From the NCBI GenBank assembly GCA_963740355.1, contig CAVUDW010000002.1:1856001-1920000 (forward strand): a stretch of 64,000 bases of DNA, given 5' to 3'. The position numbers and the translations under genes were made by a program. The stretch is from an uncultured Gemmatimonadaceae bacterium (GTDB taxonomy: Bacteria > Gemmatimonadota > Gemmatimonadetes > Gemmatimonadales > Gemmatimonadaceae). How positions within the stretch are numbered: the stretch's first letter is position 1; every line of letters starts with the position of its first letter. A model generated the notes under the pieces. It did no database searches and was not told the DNA's origin. It saw only the letters and a program-made list of their open reading frames with translations. Positions 9,785 to 19,355 of this stretch are shown one piece after another.

Positions 9785-11344
9785 ATGCGCCGCCTTGTCC
9801 TCGCCGTTGTCGCTGCTGCCTGTGTCACCCCGGCCGTCGCCCGCGCGCAAAACGATCCCGCGCTCGCCGCGCGGATCGCGACCATCATCAACCGGCCGGA
9901 GTTCAGGCACGCGCTCTGGGGCATCGAAATCTACGACGCCGATGCCGGGCGACCGATTTATGCGCTGAACGAGGAGAAACTGTTCACGCCGGGATCCACC
10001 ACCAAGCTGCTGTCGGCCGGCACCGCGCTCGCCAAGCTTGGCCCCACGCACCGCTTCGCGACGAAGGTCTACCGAACCGGCGCCGTCTCGGCCAGCGGCA
10101 CGTTGACCGGCGACCTCGTTCTCGTCGCCAGCGGTGATCCCAACCTGTCGCAGCGCATTCAGCCCGATGGTTCACTGGCCTTCGAGAATCACGACCACTC
10201 GTACGGTGGCGCGCCGGATACCAAGGCGGTTCCGGGCGATCCGTTGGTCGTGATCAAGCAACTTGCCGCGCAGGTGGCGGCGAAAGGCATCAAGCGGGTG
10301 GTTGGTCGAGTGCTGGTGGATGCGACACTGTATCACGAAGGGACGCGGGAGCTGGGGACGGGCGTCGTGGTGTCGCCGATCATGGTGAACGACAACGTGA
10401 TCGACCTGCTGGCGGCGCCCGGCGACAAGGTCGGTGACCCGGTTCGCCTCACGGTGACCCCTGCGACTCGATACGTACGCATCGTGAATCGGACGCGCAC
10501 CGTGCCCTCCGATTCGTCCACGAGCATTGACGAAAGCGACAGCGTCGGTGCCGACGGCGTGGTGACGGTCACGGTGACGGGTGGTGTGCCGCTCGGTAAA
10601 GCATCGATCCTTTATGCGTATCCGGTGCCAGTGCCTTCGCGCTTCGCCGAAGTCGTGCTGACGGAAGCACTCGCCAGTGTGGGCGTGATCGTGCAAACAC
10701 CGGTGCGCAGCCCGAAGCCGGACTTCGCGAAAATCGCCGCTGGCTACACCGCCACGAACATGGTCGCCGAGCACATCTCGGCACCGGCGACCGAGATGGT
10801 GAAAGTCATTCTCAAGGTGAGCCAGAACATGCACGCGTCCAGCATGCCGCTGCTGATGGGGGCCATGTTCGGCACGAAGGGGCAGAACGGATTCGATGTC
10901 GAGCGTGAGTGGCTGCAGTCGGTGGGCCTCGACACCAAGGGCGCGCAGCAGGCGGACGGTGCGGGCGGTGATGCACATTTCACCCCTGCCTTCATGGTCA
11001 GCTATCTGCAGATGATGTCGAAGCGGCCGGACTTCCCGGCCTTCAAGGCGGCCCTGCCCATACTCGGCAAGGATGGGACGCTCTACCAGATCCAGCCGCA
11101 GTCGCCAGCGGCGGGGCATGTGTTTGCGAAGACCGGCACCTTCGCGCTCGGTGATCCGCTGAATCAGGGACTCCTCGTGACCGGGAAGGGACTCGCTGGT
11201 TACGCGACCACCGCGTCGGGGAAGAACCTCATCGTGGTGATCTACGTGAACAACGTCTTCGTCTCGTTCGCGCCCGACGAGGTGACGCGGGTGGTGGGGC
11301 AGGCCCTCGGCGAGGTCGCGGCCACAACGTGGGACATTCCCTGA
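9785..11344 (+). CDS. dacB: D-alanyl-D-alanine carboxypeptidase/endopeptidase (peptidase S13, PBP4)
   Basis: Signal peptide; SxxK (PGSTTK), SxN (SQN), KTG; SGDPNL; GGAG RBS. Confidence 0.9.
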   Translation: MRRLVLAVVAAACVTPAVARAQNDPALAARIATIINRPEFRHALWGIEIYDADAGRPIYALNEEKLFTPGSTTKLLSAGTALAKLGPTHRFATKVYRTGAVSASGTLTGDLVLVASGDPNLSQRIQPDGSLAFENHDHSYGGAPDTKAVPGDPLVVIKQLAAQVAAKGIKRVVGRVLVDATLYHEGTRELGTGVVVSPIMVNDNVIDLLAAPGDKVGDPVRLTVTPATRYVRIVNRTRTVPSDSSTSIDESDSVGADGVVTVTVTGGVPLGKASILYAYPVPVPSRFAEVVLTEALASVGVIVQTPVRSPKPDFAKIAAGYTATNMVAEHISAPATEMVKVILKVSQNMHASSMPLLMGAMFGTKGQNGFDVEREWLQSVGLDTKGAQQADGAGGDAHFTPAFMVSYLQMMSKRPDFPAFKAALPILGKDGTLYQIQPQSPAAGHVFAKTGTFALGDPLNQGLLVTGKGLAGYATTASGKNLIVVIYVNNVFVSFAPDEVTRVVGQALGEVAATTWDIP

Positions 11345-11465
11345 CCTGAGGCGACCTCACTCCGTCGTGCGGGACGTCAGCTCGATGCCAGGCCGCAGCG
11401 GGGCAGAGATGATGGGGATCACCGGTGGCCGCGTTGCGACCGTGTCCGCTTCATATATTCTGCCG

Positions 11466-12803
11466 ATGCCTCAGCAGCGCCCGGAGCGGGAGACTGTCCT
11501 TCACAGCTGGAGCGTCCCCGCACTCTGGGATGCGCCGACGGTCGTTGGTGGCGCTGGCGCGTTCTTCTTCACCAGTGACGGACGCTCGATCCTCGACTTC
11601 AGCAGCCAGTCGGAGTGCTGCAATCTCGGCCACCAGCATCCTGGCGTGGTGGCAGCGATCAAGGCGCAGGCCGACAAGCTGTGCTACATCGCCAATGCGT
11701 GGGGTGCAGAGCCGCGCGCCGAGTTGGCGGAGCTGCTGCTCGAAAAGAGCGGCTTCGCGGGTGGGCGCGTGTTCTTCACGCTGGGCGGTGCCGACGCGAA
11801 CGAACATGCGGTGAAGTTCGCGCGACTGGCGGCTCGGCGGCCACGCGGCACGATCATCACTCGTGAGCGATCGTACCACGGTGCCAGCTACGCCGCGATG
11901 GCGCTTTCGGGTGATTCGCGCACACGCGCCCAGGTCAATCCAGCGCAGCACGGCGTGTTGCATGCGCCGCCACCCTACGCCTATCGCTGTCCCTTCGGTA
12001 GCACCGATGCCGAGGCCTGCGGACTCGCCGCTGCAGCGCGCGTCGGTGAAATGATCGACGACGCATCGGCAGCGGGTCTTCCGGGCGTCGCAGCGGTGTT
12101 GATGGAGCCCGATGCCGGCACCAATGGCATCGTGCCGCCGGCATCCTACTGGCCGGCGTTGCGCACCCAGACGCGCGCTCGCGGTGTGCTGCTGATCGCG
12201 GACGAAGTGATGAGCGGCTTCGGGCGCTGTGGCGATTGGTTTGCGTGGCAGCGCTCTGGAGAGGGTGGACGGCCCGACATGATGACGCTCGCCAAGGGGC
12301 TGACGGGTGCGCATGTCCCGCTTGGCGCAGTGGTGCTCTCGACTGACGTCGTGGCGCGATTGGAGCACGAGATGCTCTACACGGGGCTCACCTACTGCGG
12401 CCACCCGCTGGCGTGTGCTGCCGGTGTCGCCGCGGTGAAGGCGTACGACGCGGAGCAACTGATTGCGCGGTCGAGACGCCTGGGTGCCTCGATGTTCGAC
12501 GCGCTCGAGGGGTTGAAGCAGCGACACCCTGTCATCGGTGACGTGCGTGGCGGACATGGACTGTTCGCGGTGGTCGAGCTGGTCTCGGATCGCAAGACAC
12601 GTACGCCCATCGCGCTATGGCCCGAGATGGCGCCGGCGCTCAAGGCGCTGGTGCGTGACGCGCTGGACGCCGGCGTGGCGTTTGCGTCGCGCGGCAACCT
12701 GTTGATTTTGGCGCCGCCGCTGGTGATCGAGGAACGCGATCTATCAGACGCGATGTCGCTGCTCGACCGATTGCTGACCGTACACTTCCCATCTGGCACG
12801 TGA
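11466..12803 (+). CDS. Class III PLP aminotransferase (omega-amine transaminase type)
   Basis: NLGHQHP, GGADANE, SYHG, LIADEVMSGFGR and PLP lysine in TLAKGLTG. Confidence 0.9.
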   Translation: MPQQRPERETVLHSWSVPALWDAPTVVGGAGAFFFTSDGRSILDFSSQSECCNLGHQHPGVVAAIKAQADKLCYIANAWGAEPRAELAELLLEKSGFAGGRVFFTLGGADANEHAVKFARLAARRPRGTIITRERSYHGASYAAMALSGDSRTRAQVNPAQHGVLHAPPPYAYRCPFGSTDAEACGLAAAARVGEMIDDASAAGLPGVAAVLMEPDAGTNGIVPPASYWPALRTQTRARGVLLIADEVMSGFGRCGDWFAWQRSGEGGRPDMMTLAKGLTGAHVPLGAVVLSTDVVARLEHEMLYTGLTYCGHPLACAAGVAAVKAYDAEQLIARSRRLGASMFDALEGLKQRHPVIGDVRGGHGLFAVVELVSDRKTRTPIALWPEMAPALKALVRDALDAGVAFASRGNLLILAPPLVIEERDLSDAMSLLDRLLTVHFPSGT

Positions 12804-12851
12804 GATCGTGACGACCGAATCTCTCCTTCGTTCCTCGACACCGCTCGTCGG

Positions 12852-13709
12852 ATGACGCCGGAATTTCTTTCGCTGCGCGATGCGATGTCGCGATTCGTGC
12901 ACGATGGCATGACCGTCGCGCTCGAGGGGTTCACGCACCTGATCCCGTTCGCGGCAGGGCACGAACTGATTCGGCAGCGTCGGCGCGACCTGACGCTGGT
13001 TCGCATGACGCCCGACCTGATCTACGACCAGATGATCGGCATGGGCTGTGCGACCAACCTTGTGTTCTCGTGGGGAGGGAATCCTGGTGTTGGTTCGCTG
13101 CACCGTTTGCGTGACGCGGTCGAGAAGCAGTGGCCGCATCGTCTCGACCTCGATGAACACAGTCATGCGGGTATGGCCGTGCGTTATTCCGCGGGTGCCA
13201 GCGGCTTGCCGTTCGGAGTCCTGAAGGGGTATACCGGCACCGACCTGGCGAATGCCAACATCGAACGCATTGCGAAAGTCACCTGCCCGTTCTCTGGTGA
13301 AGTCGTGACGGCGTTGCCAGCACTCGCTCCCGATGTGACGATCCTTCACGCGCAGCAAGCCGATCGGGAAGGCAACGTCCTGCTGCGCGGAATCGTCGGC
13401 GCCAGTCGTGAAGCAGCGATGGCGGCGCGCACCCTCGTGGTCACGGTGGAGCAGCTGGTCGAGACACTCGACGCACCGATGAACGCCTTCGTCATTCCCG
13501 GTTGGCAAGTGAGTGCGATTGCGGAGGTCCCAGGCGGCGCCTATCCATCGTACGCGCTTGGTCACTATGCGCGGGACAATGCCTTTTATCTCGCATGGGA
13601 CGACATTGCCCGAACGAGGGAGGGCTTTCTGGCCTGGATGGAGCGCCACGTACTGGGCACGGCGGATCACGCAGCCTTCCTTCGCAGCGTCGGCGCGGTG
13701 AACGAATGA
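12852..13709 (+). CDS. CoA-transferase subunit A (CatI/PcaI-GctA type)
   Basis: VALEGFTHLIPFAAGHE, RMTPDLIYDQ, FSWGGNPGVGSLHR, HAQQADREGN. Confidence 0.9.
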   Translation: MTPEFLSLRDAMSRFVHDGMTVALEGFTHLIPFAAGHELIRQRRRDLTLVRMTPDLIYDQMIGMGCATNLVFSWGGNPGVGSLHRLRDAVEKQWPHRLDLDEHSHAGMAVRYSAGASGLPFGVLKGYTGTDLANANIERIAKVTCPFSGEVVTALPALAPDVTILHAQQADREGNVLLRGIVGASREAAMAARTLVVTVEQLVETLDAPMNAFVIPGWQVSAIAEVPGGAYPSYALGHYARDNAFYLAWDDIARTREGFLAWMERHVLGTADHAAFLRSVGAVNE

Positions 13710-14452
13710 CGGCCGTTTACACGCCCGATGAGATGATGACGATCGCGGCGGCACGTCGACTCCGGAACGGTGCCGTCTGTTTTGTCGGCATCGGCTTGCC
13801 CAGCGCGGCGTGCAACCTTGCGCGGCTGTCGCATGCGCCTGACCTGGTGCTGATCTACGAATCGGGAACCGTTGGGACACGTCCCACCGTGCTGCCGCTT
13901 TCGATCGGCGACGGTGAACTCGCCGAGACCGCCCGCTCGGTGATCCCGTTGCCGGAAATTTTCACGCACTACCTCCAGCGTGGTCGCGTTGATGTTGGCT
14001 TCCTCGGCGCCGCGCAGGTGGATCGCTTCGGGAACCTGAACAGCACCGTGATCGGCGCGTATGCGCATCCGACCGTGCGACTGCCTGGGGCGGGTGGTGC
14101 ACCGGAAATTGCCGCGCACGCGAAGGAGGTGTTCGTGGTGATGAAGCAGTCGGCGCGCACGTTCGTCGAGCAGCTGGACTTCGTGACCAGTGCCGGAAAG
14201 CCGAGCGCAATCATCACCGACCTTGGCGTGCTCGAACCTGCTGCCGGGTCTGGTGAGATGACACTCGTCGCCACGTATGACGGTGTATCGTCCGATGCGG
14301 TACGCGCGGCGTGCGGATGGTCGCTGCAGGTCGCGGACGAGGTCACGACGATTGCGCCGCCGACCGCGGCGGAGTTGGAGATCCTGCGTGCGTTGCAGCA
14401 GCGCACACGCGAAGCGCATTCGCAGCAAGTGAAGCTGACGCTCCCACGCTGA
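13706..14452 (+). CDS. CoA-transferase subunit B (CatJ/PcaJ-GctB type)
   Basis: ATGA overlap with subunit A; FVGIGLP, LIYESG (catalytic Glu), GAAQVDRFGNLN, RLPGAGGA. Confidence 0.9.
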   Translation: MTAVYTPDEMMTIAAARRLRNGAVCFVGIGLPSAACNLARLSHAPDLVLIYESGTVGTRPTVLPLSIGDGELAETARSVIPLPEIFTHYLQRGRVDVGFLGAAQVDRFGNLNSTVIGAYAHPTVRLPGAGGAPEIAAHAKEVFVVMKQSARTFVEQLDFVTSAGKPSAIITDLGVLEPAAGSGEMTLVATYDGVSSDAVRAACGWSLQVADEVTTIAPPTAAELEILRALQQRTREAHSQQVKLTLPR

Positions 14453-14520
14453 TCGCTGTTCGAGATTCAGTTGTCTCCTGATAGCCACTGCCTGATCCCG
14501 TGCGATAACCGAGTCCAACG

Positions 14521-15909
14521 ATGAAGACACCACACATCACCACCGAGCTCCCTGGCCCGAAGGCGCGCGCCATGATCCTTCGCGATGCCGCGGTCGTCTC
14601 ACCGTCATACCCGCGCGACTATCCCTTCGTGATGTCGCACGGACGGGGCGCTGAGGTGTGGGATGTGGATGGGAATCGCTTCCTCGATTTTGCGGCGGGG
14701 ATCGCCGTCTGCTCGACCGGACATTCGCATCCGAAGGTGGTGGAGGCGATCACCGAGGCTGCCAAGGGCTTCCTGCACATCTCGAGCGACTACTGGCACG
14801 AGTACCAGATCACGCTCGGTGAACGCATTCGCGACCTGAAGCCGATGGGCGATGAGCCGGTGATGAGCTTCATGTGCCAAAGCGGTACCGAGTCCGTTGA
14901 GGGGGCCTTGAAGCTGGCGCGCTACATCACTGGGCGCCCGCGCTTCATCGGATTTCTCGGTGGATTTCACGGTCGCACGATGGGCTCATTGTCGTTCACG
15001 TCGAGCAAGTACACGCAGCAGCAGGGATTCTTCCCGACGATGGCTGGCGTGACGCATGTGCCATACCCGAACAACTATCGCCCGATCTACGCCGGTGACG
15101 ATCAGGGCAAGGCGGTGCTCGACTACATCGAGAACATCCTCTTCACGCACAACGTGCCGGCGAAGGAGGTGGCAGGGATCCTGATCGAGCCGATCCAGGG
15201 AGAAGGTGGCTACATCGTGCCGCCGGATGGCTTCCTGGCAGGCCTGCGCGCCCTCTGCGATCGGCACGGCATCATGCTGATCTTCGACGAGGTGCAGTCA
15301 GGCGTTGGTCGAACTGGCAAGATGTTCGCGGCGCACCAAAGCGGTGTGGTCCCCGACATCATGACCCTGGCGAAGGGGCTTGGCTCCGGGATGCCGATCG
15401 GGCTCGTGGTTGCCAAGAAGAAGCACATGGAGCAGTGGAAGCGCGGCGCGCACGGCAACACCTATGGCGGCAATCCCGTCTGTTGTGCGGCGGCGATCGC
15501 GACCCTTGATCTCGTCGAAGGTGGCTATGCGGCCAACGCCGCCGACGTGGGTGCCTACTTCATCGACCGCCTGCGCGAATGGCAATCCCGCACGCCGCAG
15601 ATCGGCGAAGTTCGCGGCCAGGGGCTGATGATCGGGATGGAACTGATCGCGGGCCACGGCGACAAGACGCCCGCGCGCAAACTTTGCGATGACCTCGTCA
15701 CGCGGGCGTACTACAACGGCCTGATCCTCCTTTCGTGCGGCGTGAGCACGGTGCGGTTCATGCCACCCCTGTTGATCACACGCGCGGATGTAGACGAGGC
15801 GATGACGATCCTCGAGGCGAGCTTGCGCGAGGTATTGGATGAAGCCGATCGCGCTGCAGTAACTGGTGGGCTGAGTTCAGGCGGAGTGTTGGCAGAGGCG
15901 ATTGCGTGA
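14521..15909 (+). CDS. Class III aminotransferase, 4-aminobutyrate/acetylornithine aminotransferase family
   Basis: DVDGNRFLDF, SGTESVE, FHGRT, EPIQGEGGY, FDEVQSGVGRTG, LAKGLGSG. Confidence 0.9.
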   Translation: MKTPHITTELPGPKARAMILRDAAVVSPSYPRDYPFVMSHGRGAEVWDVDGNRFLDFAAGIAVCSTGHSHPKVVEAITEAAKGFLHISSDYWHEYQITLGERIRDLKPMGDEPVMSFMCQSGTESVEGALKLARYITGRPRFIGFLGGFHGRTMGSLSFTSSKYTQQQGFFPTMAGVTHVPYPNNYRPIYAGDDQGKAVLDYIENILFTHNVPAKEVAGILIEPIQGEGGYIVPPDGFLAGLRALCDRHGIMLIFDEVQSGVGRTGKMFAAHQSGVVPDIMTLAKGLGSGMPIGLVVAKKKHMEQWKRGAHGNTYGGNPVCCAAAIATLDLVEGGYAANAADVGAYFIDRLREWQSRTPQIGEVRGQGLMIGMELIAGHGDKTPARKLCDDLVTRAYYNGLILLSCGVSTVRFMPPLLITRADVDEAMTILEASLREVLDEADRAAVTGGLSSGGVLAEAIA

Positions 15910-17249
15910 GCTCTGACCGGCATGGGCAACGCAAGTTCGGCTTCTGGCTGGCGACCTCGCTCGTCGTCGGCAACATCATTGGGTCGGCGATCTTCATGCT
16001 GCCAGCCGGCCTGGCACCGTTCGGCTGGAACGCAATCTCCGCTTGGGGCGTGACGTTCGTTGGTGCACTGTGCCTGGCCTGGGTATTCGCACAGTTGGCC
16101 CGCTACCTCCCCAATGCGGGCGGCAGCTACGGTTTCATGCAGCTGGGCGTCGGTGAACGGCTCGCCTTTCTGGGGGCGTGGGGCTATCTGGTGTCGGTGT
16201 GGGCCGCCAATACGGGCATCACGATCGCGGGCATCAGCTATCTCACACGCCTGGTTCCGTGGATCGAGCGCACACCAGGGGCCTCGCTGGTCTCGGCACT
16301 GGTCGCGATCTGGCTGCTGACCTGGGTCAATTGTCGAGGCCTGCGCGCAGCCGGTGGCGTCCAACTGGTGACGACGATCATCAAGCTGCTGCCGTTCGTG
16401 GCGGTGATCGGGTTGGCCTTCTGGCGATTGTTCGCGTCCGGCGGTGCCGTGCTGCCGCCGATCCACGAGGGGTCGTTCACCTTTGTTGGCGCGACTGGCG
16501 CGGTCGGGTTGACGCTCTATGCGATGCTCGGATTGGAGAGTGCGACGGTGCCGGCCGATGCGGTCGAGAATCCGGCGCGCATAGTCCCGCTCGCGACCAT
16601 GGTGGGCACCGGTCTGAGTGCCGTCGTGAGCATCATCGCCACCTGTGCGGTCGTCCTGATGATGCCGGCTGCCGGCGTGATGGTCTCAAAGGCACCGATC
16701 TCGGATTTCATCGCCGTTTCATGGGGCGACGTTGCGGGTGGCTTCGTTGCGGTCTGCGCTGTCGTCAGCTGCTTCGGCTGCCTCAATGGCTTTCTGCTGA
16801 TTGGTGGTGAGTTGCCCGTCGCGATGGCCGACTCCGGTACGCTGCCAGCCTGGTTCTCGAGGCGAAATGCTGCCGGTGCCCCATCGCGGTCGATCATCTT
16901 CGGCGCCGTGGTGACCTCGCTCTTGGCACTGGCGGCTTACACGAAGCAGGGCGTGGGCGCCTACAATTTCGCGATCCTGATCTCGACCGCGACCAACCTC
17001 GTGATCTTCGTCTTCTGCACGATCGCCGTGGTGCGCTTCATGATCGATGGTCGTGTGCCGCGATCGCTCGGTCTCATCGTCTGCGCCACGATCGCCCTGT
17101 TGTTCTCCGGTTGGGCGCTGTACGGCTCCGGCACCGAATCGCTGTTGTGGGGCGGCGTCCTGATTGCGCTTGGGTTGCCGATTTACGCGGTGGCTCGACG
17201 CGCGGCGCAGCGTACCGCGGCCGTTGTCGGCGCACGCGCCGTGTCGTGA
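15906..17249 (+). CDS. APC-family amino acid/polyamine permease (PotE/CadB/AdiC-like)
   Basis: GNIIGSAIF in TM1, GLES in TM6, about 12 hydrophobic segments; GTGA overlap with the upstream gene. Confidence 0.88.
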   Translation: MSSDRHGQRKFGFWLATSLVVGNIIGSAIFMLPAGLAPFGWNAISAWGVTFVGALCLAWVFAQLARYLPNAGGSYGFMQLGVGERLAFLGAWGYLVSVWAANTGITIAGISYLTRLVPWIERTPGASLVSALVAIWLLTWVNCRGLRAAGGVQLVTTIIKLLPFVAVIGLAFWRLFASGGAVLPPIHEGSFTFVGATGAVGLTLYAMLGLESATVPADAVENPARIVPLATMVGTGLSAVVSIIATCAVVLMMPAAGVMVSKAPISDFIAVSWGDVAGGFVAVCAVVSCFGCLNGFLLIGGELPVAMADSGTLPAWFSRRNAAGAPSRSIIFGAVVTSLLALAAYTKQGVGAYNFAILISTATNLVIFVFCTIAVVRFMIDGRVPRSLGLIVCATIALLFSGWALYGSGTESLLWGGVLIALGLPIYAVARRAAQRTAAVVGARAVS

Positions 17250-17276
17250 TTCCATCGTTCGCCTGGAGACCGTTGC

Positions 17277-19340
17277 ATGCCGCGTGATCCCCGCTATGAC
17301 ATTCTCTTCGATTCGGTGAAGATCGGGCCGGTCACGGCGCGCAATCGGTTCTTTCAGGTGCCGCACTGCAACGGCATGGGCCACCAAATGCCGGCGGCGC
17401 ATGCCGCGATGCGTGAAGCGAAGGCGGAAGGTGGGTGGGCGGTGGTCTCGACCGAGGAGTGCGAGATCCACCCCAGTGGCGATGTCACGCCGTATGTCGA
17501 GGCTCGCCTGTGGGATGATGCCGATATCCCCGCGCTGGCGATGATGTGTGAGCGGGTGCATGCACACGGATCGCTGGCGGCAGTGGAACTGACGCACAAC
17601 GGACCGACGTCAAGCAATCTCTACTCTCGCGAGGTGGCGCTGGCACCGTCACACCAGCCGCTCAAGTACGGCTATCCGCATCAGGCGCGCGGCATGACGA
17701 AGCACGACATCCGCGAATACCGCCGCTGGCACCGCGAGGCGGCGATCCGCGGACGTACTGCTGGCTTCGACCTGATCTACGTCTACGCGGGTCACGACCT
17801 CAGCCTGGCGATGCATTTCCTGCAGCGCCGACGCAATCATCGCACCGACGAATACGGCGGCTCACTGGAGAACCGCGTTCGGCTCTTCCGCGAGATCATC
17901 GAGGATACGAAGGACGCGGTGGGCGACACCTGCGGCGTGGTCGTGCGTTTCGCGGTGGAAGAGCTGCTGGGTGACTCCGGCGTGACCGTCGCCGAGGCGA
18001 AGGAAGTCGTGCACATGCTTGCCGAACTGCCGGATCTGTGGGATGTGAACGTCGCTGCCTGGTACAACGACTCGATGACCTCGCGGTTTGCCAAGGAAGG
18101 CGCGCAGGAACCGTTCACGCACTGGGTGAAGCAGTACACCACCAAGCCGGTGGTCGGCGTTGGACGCTTCACCAGCCCTGACACGATGGTTGACCAGATC
18201 CGCCGCGGTGTGCTCGACATGATCGGCGCGGCGCGCCCGAGCATTGCCGATCCATGGTTACCGCGAAAGATCGATGAAGGCCGGCAGGATGACATTCGTG
18301 AGTGCATCGGCTGCAACATCTGCGTCACTGGCGACATGACCATCACGCCGATCCGCTGCACGCAGAACCCGAGCATGGGCGAAGAGTGGCGGAAGGGCTG
18401 GCACCCGGAGCGCATCGCGACGAAGAAGTCGGAGTCGCGGATGCTCGTCGTCGGCGCGGGACCTGCCGGCCTCGAGGCAGCGCGTGCGCTCGGCCAACGG
18501 GGCTACGAAGTGCATCTGACCGAGGCATCGCGCGAACTCGGTGGGCGGGTGTTGCGCGAGGCGCGGCTGCCCGGGCTGGCCGAATGGATGCGGGTGCGCG
18601 ACTGGCGTGTGTCACAGATTGAAAAGCTGAGCACCGTCACCGTGTATCCAGAGTCGCCTGTCTCGGCGCAGGACGTGCTCGACTTCGGGGCCAGTCATGT
18701 CGTGCTGGCAACGGGCTGCGCATGGCGACGTGACGGATACGGTCGTTCGAATGGTGCCGCAATTTCTGGATTCGGCGCGCTGACGCTGACCCCGGACGAT
18801 ATCCTGGACGGCCGCATTCCCACCGGTCACGTCGTGATCTTCGATGACGACTCGTTCTACCTCGGCAGCGTGCTCGCGGAGCTGATCGTGAATGCCGGTG
18901 CGACAGTGACGATCGTCACACCTGATGACACGGTGGCATCGTGGACTGGTAACACGCTCGACTTCCGCCACATCCAGAAGCGACTCTACAAGCTTGGCGT
19001 GAAGCAGGTGACGTCCCACAACATCGTCGAAGCGCTGCCTGGCGGTATTCGCGTCGAGCACGAATGGTCTGGCGTCGTGAGCGAGATCGCGTGTGACGCT
19101 GTCGTCTCGGTTACCGCTCGCATTCCAAACGATACGCTCTTCCTCGAACTCGACCAGCGTCGGTCGGAATGGAGCGCGGCGGGTGTGTCAGGGGTGCAGT
19201 GCATCGGCGATGCGTTCGCGCCCGGGCTCATTGCACACGCGGTGTACGCCGGTCACCGCTACGCACAGGAGTTCGACGGTGGACCGGTCAGCGACGTGCC
19301 GTTCCGGCGGCACCTGCCTGTCGCGCAGCTCGGCCCATGA
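17277..19340 (+). CDS. Histamine/trimethylamine dehydrogenase family iron-sulfur flavoprotein
   Basis: NRFFQVPHCNGMG (Cys for 6-S-cysteinyl-FMN), YVYAGH, RTDEYGGSLENR, ECIGCNIC...C 4Fe-4S motif, GAGPAG. Confidence 0.9.
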   Translation: MPRDPRYDILFDSVKIGPVTARNRFFQVPHCNGMGHQMPAAHAAMREAKAEGGWAVVSTEECEIHPSGDVTPYVEARLWDDADIPALAMMCERVHAHGSLAAVELTHNGPTSSNLYSREVALAPSHQPLKYGYPHQARGMTKHDIREYRRWHREAAIRGRTAGFDLIYVYAGHDLSLAMHFLQRRRNHRTDEYGGSLENRVRLFREIIEDTKDAVGDTCGVVVRFAVEELLGDSGVTVAEAKEVVHMLAELPDLWDVNVAAWYNDSMTSRFAKEGAQEPFTHWVKQYTTKPVVGVGRFTSPDTMVDQIRRGVLDMIGAARPSIADPWLPRKIDEGRQDDIRECIGCNICVTGDMTITPIRCTQNPSMGEEWRKGWHPERIATKKSESRMLVVGAGPAGLEAARALGQRGYEVHLTEASRELGGRVLREARLPGLAEWMRVRDWRVSQIEKLSTVTVYPESPVSAQDVLDFGASHVVLATGCAWRRDGYGRSNGAAISGFGALTLTPDDILDGRIPTGHVVIFDDDSFYLGSVLAELIVNAGATVTIVTPDDTVASWTGNTLDFRHIQKRLYKLGVKQVTSHNIVEALPGGIRVEHEWSGVVSEIACDAVVSVTARIPNDTLFLELDQRRSEWSAAGVSGVQCIGDAFAPGLIAHAVYAGHRYAQEFDGGPVSDVPFRRHLPVAQLGP

Positions 19341-19355
19341 CCGCTTGGTGCTGAG

